From Penicillus capitatus (taxonomy: Eukaryota > Plantae > Chlorophyta): a DNA stretch of 64,000 nucleotides. Below the pieces are notes generated by a model. That model saw only the letters and a list, made by a program, of their open reading frames with translations. It had not been told where the DNA came from and did not search any database. Positions 56,238 through 64,000 of the stretch are shown piece by piece. Location of the stretch: the NCBI GenBank assembly GCA_965649825.1, contig OZ287697.1:955635-1019634 (forward strand), given 5' to 3'. The position numbers were made by a program, and so were the translations under genes. Within the stretch, counting starts at the first letter, position 1; each line of letters begins with the position of its first letter.

Positions 56238-59200
56238 TTAAGATTCAGGGAATACACAACGCAACACACGTGTGTATTGGTATCTGATCCACACGGTCAG
56301 AACGCGCAGCGTCCCAGCAGAAGGACCAATCAGGGTGCCCTCGTCGTACATGCGCAACTTCAAATATTCAACCCAGTAACCCATAAGAACACGAAGAAAA
56401 AGCAATAGTGCGATGATGTTGACAGAACCACAGAAGGCACTAAGCATTGAACGAGTCCATTTCGATGTCAACGTCTTATTCCTCATAGCCACAGTGACGA
56501 GTGTCGTCAGGAGAGATACAAACAGGGAACCAGCTTCGATCTCGTTCAGAGCACTGAAACTTTTGCGATAGGGCTTCACCACGATCTGTGCTTGCGAGGC
56601 AAACGTGATGAATGCACCAGCAGCTACGACGGGCAATTGGCTGTCAAAGCGTTGAGCGCAGAAGACCAGAAAGGCAATGGCGATCTTCCTGATCACGATC
56701 GCAACTTCCCAGTAAGAGCGTTTGCCGAGCTTATAGCTACGGTAGAGAAATCCTGTGGTTTGATAGACCCAGCTTTTGGTACACGTGAGTTGGTCTTGTG
56801 AAGATCCGAGAGCAAGAACAAAGAAAAAGAGCAGTCCGCCGTAGACAATACCGACAAAGGGCCAGATCGAACTCACCAACACCAGATGGTCCTGTTCGAA
56901 GCATTCCAGACTCGTGTCCACTGCCCAGTACCTGATGACTGCTTCCTTCGATTCTTCCGTATCGTACACTTTGACACAGAGGACGGTACTGAGGGCGATT
57001 TTCATGACTGGCACCGAGGTAAGGTACCAGAGGACCATGACGGACAGTAGACATCTCTTCGCCACATAATGTATCGGTTTGCACACCGAAGCGAATACGG
57101 CAACGGACATCCAGAAGAGAGCAAGGATCGTAAAGATCAGGGCGGGAATGACGAAGACAGTGATGAACAGGGCGACGACTGTTCGATGGTGCGATGTTGG
57201 CGCCGATTTCCCTTCCTCGCTCAGGCACATGATCGTGCGCGGGAGGCTTTCGGATGCAAGGCCACCAAGGAACTCTACACGATTTTGCCATACAGCTGTG
57301 AGGATGCAGGTATATCGATCACATACCTAATGCCTCGGCGATATCGAGCAAACTTCCTGTCCAACTGACGTCCGCCGATACGATCAGGACCGTCACTTGA
57401 ATGTAGGATAGCGTGATCTGAAGCAGCAGAACTGATAAGAGAATAGGTTTGGCAAACAGTTTTCCACCTTGAGCATCTCGGCGGCCTTCCACTGTGCCAG
57501 TACTTTGTCGTTGGCTGGCATTCCATCTTCTTGCTCTTGCTCGCGGACGTTTTCGATGTCCGTTTCAGGAGACTGCGAACGCGCTTCTTCTACTCTTTCA
57601 TTGGGTGGAAGAGTAGAGAGTTCAATGCAGGGATACCGTCTTCCGTTACCTCTAAGCGTCGAGCGTCTGCAGACCACCGCATTCAGCGTGCCTCTGATGG
57701 TAATGGCTGACAAGCTAAGCAAAACTGCGGCGGACAAGGATATCAAAAGCACATTGCCAGACGACGTTGGACACTTTTCGCACTTGGACGACAGAGATCT
57801 GCCGTATCCTGCCTTACACGAACCACACAGGGGACCAGAATGACCCTGAACGCAATGACAGATCGCAGGAGATTCCATACAAAGACGGATCAAACTTGCC
57901 TCTTCACACTGTGCCTGTTGGTAGTCCTCGATTTCCTTGTTGCTGATGTTGCAGTTGTAAATGTTCTCTGACATCGCCCGCAGAGTGGTGGTTCTGTTTT
58001 TGCCATCACATGCATGGGTCGTCAGACATCTCTGGATGTGCGGAGAGCACGGCGAACTGTTCCAGTACCTTTCTTTCGGAACGATCACTTTCGTTGTACA
58101 GTTCCCGTTGTCGGGGCATGGCTCACATTCCGTCGCACTGGTGTTAAAATTGTAGCTGGTACTGCTGCAGGGCTCGCAAAATGTGCCATCTCTTAAAGAG
58201 GCTTCGCCAATCGTACAGTTCTGCACAGTGACATTGATCTCTTCCTCTTTTAGAATGTCTTCATCAGAATTGATGAGAACGGTATAGTTTCCAGGCTTCG
58301 CAAATCCAGTCACGTTGAGTTCTGTAGAAGGAGAGCCCAAAAGGATTGTCTGATTTCCCGAGAAGAGGCTGTTTGGAGATGAGATGGTGCTGGAAACCAC
58401 GTGGCCATTCCTTCCCACCGCAGGACCTTGATCAAAACCATCTCGGATCTCCAGACTGATGGAGAGGGGCGATCCGCTTCTGTATATGTACGAGCCATCC
58501 TCCTCTGAACCTGTGATGCCCCTTTCATTGACGGTCACGTTGACTTGTGATGCGAACGAAGCAACGACATGACCATATGTTTCGGCCGTGTTGCCTATCC
58601 ACCATGGACAGATGGTTTTTGTCAGATCGAAGGCTTCTGCCAGTAACAACGATGAATTCTCAGCGCCATCGTCTGTCTCACTGTCACAAATGACACCAAC
58701 GTTCACAGAGCTGCTCGTGAAGATGGCGCCTCCTGCATAATCAGCGCTGTTGTTCACGAACGTCGTGTTCAGCATAGTGACGAGGAAGCAGTCGGAGTGG
58801 CCCTCCGAACAGTTGAGGGGTCCACTGCTGTTTTTTACATACAGGCCACCTGATAAAACATATCGAATGCATCAGAGACCGGCTGCGGATCCTCACCTCC
58901 TAGACGAGCTGTGTTGTCCTGCACGATGGAGTGATCAAGCTGAACTGTGAGCATTGCCGCGTTTACGGATTCGAAGGAGAATCCTCCGCCCGTTGAATTG
59001 GCAGAGCATTCGGTGACGCTGAGATGATCCCCTTTGAAGAGACTGTCGGAGAGGAAAACGGCTCCTCCATTCGTTGCGTTTCCATTCGTCATGTTGGTGT
59101 GCTCCAGATCGACAGAGCTGTTCGAGATGGCTGCGATGAACCCGCCGTCGTCTTCTGCGCTTCCACCACGAAACGTAGAGTTAGAGATATTCAGCCTTGA

Positions 59201-61286
59201 CGAATCGACGGTGAAGAAGGCCCCTCCATTCCTTGAGCACGTGTTGTTTATCATCGTCGCGTAGAAGAACGTTCCATTAGAGGAAGAGCTCTGATGCACG
59301 GCACCGCCGTGGAGAGCAAAGTTGTTTCGGAAGAGAGAATCGTTCACTTGGATCGTGGACTGCTTCAACAGAACGCCACCTCCGTCGTCCCCGGCGCTGT
59401 TGTTTTCCACGCACCATTCACGACTTTCGAGAATGGTATTCTCATCGGCGAAGATGGCTCCTCCACTGTCCTCTGCGCTATTCGACAGGAAGCTGGAATT
59501 CGAGATGTGTGCTCCGATGAATCGCAGGTGCATGGCCCCGCCGTCTTCCTTGGACGTACAATTCTCCATCGTCGAGTTCGCAACTCTGACCGACCCGTCG
59601 AGAGCGAGCAGGCATCCCCCGCGTGTCGCAGTGCCATTCCTCATGATCGACGCGGTGATGTTCACTGTGGTCATCTTCCTTGCGAACAGGATACCGCCAT
59701 CATCAGCCTTGCCGTCGTTGAAAGTGCAGTTGCTGAGGATCGTCGTCGAATTGGTGATGTAGAACGCACCGCCCTCGGTCGCAGCAACGTTGCCAGAGAA
59801 TGAGACATCTGTGAAGTTGACGACGGAAGCCAGCTCCTGAGACACGCCCCCCTCTGTCTGCCTCGTTGTCGAGGAAAACGGAGTTGGCGAGACTGAGATT
59901 CGTCTCGAGTCGCACCCGGAGTCCGCCTGCGTGATCGCCAGCCGAGTTGTTCTTCACGGTCCAGTCGTCTCCGGTAACATTGGAGAACTCTGCATACAAG
60001 CATCCGCCATCGTCGCCCGCTCTGTTCGAATCCAGCCTTGCGGCGGTGATGTTGGCAGTCGCATTGGACAGACGAATCGCCGCTCCGTCGACCACGGAAT
60101 GACACTCTCGCAGCGTCACGTTATGAAGAGTGAGCTTTGAGAGATGTACTCGAAGACATCCTCCGTCATTCGCTTTGCCACGACTGAAGTTCGAGTCTCT
60201 GATGGTCACCAGAGAATGTTCTTCGGCGTCGACGAACCCGCCGAATTCGGCGGCATTGCCCTCCTCGAAGGTGCAGTTATTAATGTGGATCGTTGAGTTG
60301 TCCGACATGAGAGATCCAGCGCTGTGAGCGGCACCGTTTTCAGCGAAGCTGACGTTTTCGAATGTTCCATTGGACTTTGACAAATAGACTGGACTTCCAA
60401 CTGTCGCGCTGATGTTCGTCAGCTTCGAGTGGTTTAGCACCAGCGTGCCGTCTTCGATGCTGAAGATCTGGATCGTGTTGTCGGCCGCTGTCAGCCGAGT
60501 GACGTTAATCTTCGAACGAGGAGGACCCCGAAACGCGGTCGTGGCGTCGGCAGCTTTTCCCGACGACGTGATGTTCTGGACTCTGATGTCGCGCAGCCGA
60601 CTGCTTTGATTGGACGGGAAGACGATGCATGGACCGCTGCAGGTATTGTTCTCGAAACCAAGGTCGAACAGTTCCAAATTTAAGCACGATGATAAGGCCA
60701 CTCGGATGGCGTTGTTCTCGTCGAGGCTGTTATTTAGGAAATCGACATGGTGGAGACGCAGCTGGTCATCTGCACGAGTCGTCGCACAGTCGTCGACGTC
60801 GACTCTGACGATGGCGTCTTCATTGCTGTTCGCTGCAGCGAACAAGGAACGCCTGCGAACACCAAGAGCACTGGCGTCAAGAAAGCATTCTCGGAGACAT
60901 CAAAGGGCATCACCTGCGGAAGCTTCGTCGCGGTCATCATCTTGGCGCAGAGAGCGGCTCTCACTCCGACCTCTTCCAGCCGCAGATGGGCGTTCTTTCT
61001 CTGCAGTCTCGCGCGTCTCGGACGTGAGGGTCGGAGCTGTACTGTGCGAGTGCTTCGTCGGGAACGAGACAGACTCTTTTGCACTAGGCGGTGCAGATGC
61101 CTTTCTTTCTGGGACTGCGGACGGTTCTGAGCTAAGAATCTTTGTAGAAACATAAGTGCTCGAGGCATCTTCTGCCGTTTCTGCGGCCAAAGCTCGGCGG
61201 AGGTGAGACCTCCGACAGACGAACGCGGTCGCACTTGCGGCAAAAACGACGAGCGTCAGCAGCAAACCAAGGAAACGGCGTCGCAT
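56238..61286 (-). CDS. Large receptor-like protein: Pmp-like GGA(I/L)/FxxNxA beta-helix repeats + Cys-rich module + ~7-TM C-terminus, multi-exon
   Basis: Signal peptide MRRRFLGLLLTLVVFAASA; repeats F..N.A..GGA(I/F); CxxC-rich CEPC..CEPCP; YW..DTSLECF, GFLYRSYK..YWE..RK TM bundle. Confidence 0.85.
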
Positions 61287-63187
61287 TTTCGACGAAGAAC
61301 TGAGAGACGGATATCGCAGACGCCTGCAGACCATCTGGCTTTTATAGTCGGGACGAGGCCTGTTGCATGAAATCGCCTGAAGATGAGGTAAGGAATATTC
61401 CTGATGCAGCAGCTACGCAACTGACTCAGCGACCACGCGTCGGTGTGCATGATGCACGCGTGCGTTCCTTGTTCTCCCGACGGGGCAGAGAACTAACGCA
61501 GCGTGCCTCTTCCAGCGTCTGTTCGTCGAGCTGACCCCTGAACGTCTTTTCAGGTCGAGCTGAGCCACACTTGTTGACATGCAGCGAACAACCACAGATC
61601 ATAGTTTGACTCGGGAAGGACCGCGCCGTCCACAGGCTGCGTCCTGGTGACAGTGTCAAAGCAACCGCTGCTATCGCTGTTATAGAACCGTGCTTTGCTA
61701 CCTTGTTTTATCACTTACGTGACGTCGGCGAATCTGTCCTGAGGCTGTGCATTTAGAGTGTCAGCACCGAAGGCACTCGTTCACTCGTTTTAGCCTCGCA
61801 CCACATATACATGTCCACGGTCTTCCTCGAGAGAACGGAAGCAGATTTTTTAAGGAAACAGTGATCAACAGTAGTCCACGGCAAGTATAAGGACACGTGA
61901 AAGCCTATCGCTTCGGAGTTACATCCAACCCGATGCCTTGCCTGAAGATGAGGCAGGTCGACTGCGACTCAAAGCATCCGACGGAGATGTGTCCGTAGGT
62001 ATGCCTTTCGTATGTTTATGCGCGTTCTGCCGTTTTTGACCGGATACACAGTACGATCGCTCGTGGATCAGTGCCTTCTCCTATGCAGCTTGCTCGCACC
62101 ATAAGGAGAACATCAAATTCAGTTAGGGCTGTGGTGCTCCAGGCACCTCGTTATTTATCATTTAGTTCAACAGTTATGGAGTTCGGGTATAGAAAACTGC
62201 ACGGTGGAATACCGCATGGAAGGTGGGGTCTTCTTCCATGCCCTTGGTTCATGCCCCAAATAAATATGCGGTCGTCTGCGTCCATGCTTTGAATAGCTTG
62301 AGACCACTCTTTTTCAGTATCGAGCAAACTTCATGATTTGGTTTCATGAATGTTCGTACCAGACATACATCACGCACGTGCGAGGACCGAAGTGATAGAT
62401 TTGATTTTGGACAAGGTACAGTACAGAGCACAATTTCTATACCTCCGACGGCGGCGAACAACTAAGCCGTTTAGAAAGTCGATGCAGAATCGACAGTAAT
62501 TCTGTGCGTTTCTGGTTAATGGTTTTAAGTACTCTACAGCAACGGGTCATAACTGTGAGCAAGGCACATTCCATGCCAAGACTCTGTATATGCGAGCGAA
62601 GGATTTTACGCAAACGCTTTATGCAGCCGAATGGTCTCGCGTCTCACGCGTTTGTCTGAATGCATGCTCTCCTTGCCGACAATGGTTCTTCAGTTAGCAA
62701 GACTGGGACTGCAAATGAAAGTTTGCAAAAATAGAAACAAATAAACGCAAACGTGGTTTGTCATGCATCTAATGGCCTACATACAGATTGATTGGCTCCT
62801 CCATGGTATCCGAGGACTCTATCCTACACATTTCATTCATTCTTCGCCTTAGTCATTTATGTCTCTGTGCCTGTCGATCGTTGGTCTTGTACTGAACACA
62901 GTCGCGCCTCTGATGTTTAACCTAAAAGGGGCTGCAAGCACGACCAATTATACATGGTCTCCGAGGATCTGTGTCGGCGATTACCTGCCACAGTAGGAGA
63001 ACAGCGAAAAGAATCGTCTGACACCGGCAAAGATACGATTAAACACATCTGTTTAAACTCATGTTTATCGACAATCGAAGTCCTCTTCTGATATCGGATG
63101 TCATTGACGCGACGAAAAGAGGAGGGCGTCGATCTCCTTTTTCATTCCCACCACAAAGAAATACATGTGAAACATAATGTAGCAACT

Positions 63188-64000
63188 TCAGACTTCGGCA
63201 CGACGATAGCGCCGAGCCCTGACAGGTTGACCCCAGCGCATCAAGGTGTTTTTCACAATGATGAATAGGTAATCCATCAGATAAATAACAAGAATCCGAA
63301 AGGCGCCGTGCGACTCTTCGGAAATAATGCCTTCTTTGACCAGCACACTTTTCAGGTAATCGGCTGTGAAATAAACCGCATAAAGAGTGATAAGGTAAAG
63401 GAAGAAAAGAACATTTGTGAAGCACAAAAGAACACTGATCAGCATATGAACCGCATCTGAGACGTGATCGACCCTAAAGAAGATGCTGCAGACGAATGTG
63501 AGAGAAGAGATCAAGATGGAGAGGCTCTCGACGTCATTGAGAGAATCGAACTCTTCGCGATAGGGACGGAACTTCATTTGGAAGTAAAGCGATAGAATAA
63601 GGACGAAGGAAGCAATAACGACTTGGATGTCAAATCCGAGTTTGTAAGAAAAGACAACCACGACGGTGAGGACAGCCTTTCTGAACATGATCACAGACTC
63701 CCAGAAGATGTATCGCTTTCTGAAGGATTGATACATGAAACCGGCGGCTTCGTAGATCCAGCCATCTTTGTAATCTTCCGCAACCTTTTTGGCGACCAGG
63801 CATGCAACGGCTAGTGGAAAGCCAAAGGTGAAGATCACGAGGAATGGCCACGCCAGCAGATAAGCCAGCACGGCATGCGATTCCTTGTAGCACTCGACAC
63901 TAGTGTCCACGACCCAGTAAACTTTTGTTGTGTCATTTGAATCGTGGACTTCAACGCAGTTGAGGATTTGGACAAGTGTCCTGCTGATGGAGATGTAGCT
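63188..64000 (-). CDS. Second Pmp-like/7-TM receptor paralog, C-terminal part (5' beyond window)
   Basis: YWVVDTSVECY, GFMYQSFR..FWESVIMFRK, LNDVESLS parallel the TM region of 56238-57230. Confidence 0.82.
   Translation of the reverse strand, partial: SYISISRTLVQILNCVEVHDSNDTTKVYWVVDTSVECYKESHAVLAYLLAWPFLVIFTFGFPLAVACLVAKKVAEDYKDGWIYEAAGFMYQSFRKRYIFWESVIMFRKAVLTVVVVFSYKLGFDIQVVIASFVLILSLYFQMKFRPYREEFDSLNDVESLSILISSLTFVCSIFFRVDHVSDAVHMLISVLLCFTNVLFFLYLITLYAVYFTADYLKSVLVKEGIISEESHGAFRILVIYLMDYLFIIVKNTLMRWGQPVRARRYRRAEV

Noticed and set aside
1-64000. Prokaryotic operons, CRISPR arrays, rRNA or tRNA genes
   Set aside because: Spliceosomal introns and eukaryote-specific genes throughout; no regularly spaced direct repeats or RNA-gene motifs found.

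Overview
Eukaryotic nuclear DNA, most likely a green alga (Chlorophyta). This rests on many ~40-60 nt GT-AG introns, TGTAA poly(A)-type signals, a NEF1 homologue, a CBA1-like protein and a flagellar CFAP119-like gene; the genetic code is standard. Housekeeping genes (ERCC8/CSA, V-ATPase subunit C, E(z)/PRC2, a wax-synthase-type MBOAT, NEF1) sit inside a dynamic cell-surface-gene region. That region has 7 secreted Cys-rich seven-bladed PLL-type beta-propeller lectin-like genes plus 2 relics, mostly in a ~7.5/9 kb inverted duplication (arms ~1530-9055 and ~37163-46320). It also has 2 carbohydrate sulfotransferases plus fragments and 2 large beta-helix/multi-TM receptor-like genes. The standout is a young 8549-bp Ty3/gypsy-order LTR retroelement (26225-34773; 624-bp LTRs identical by eye; 5-bp TSD GCACC). 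Its first ORF has no recognisable capsid and instead encodes a two-TM, coiled-coil envelope-like protein fused to a Zn knuckle and protease. A -1 slippery site with pseudoknot leads into a dUTPase-like-RT-RNaseH-IN ORF, and a third membrane ORF carries a second, degenerate protease domain. The element lies antisense inside an exon of E(z), with ends forming GT...AG so that splicing would exactly restore the E(z) reading frame. An ORF1-only LINE derivative with a 16-bp TSD is present in only one arm of the inverted repeat. All calls are by eye; no database searches were run.
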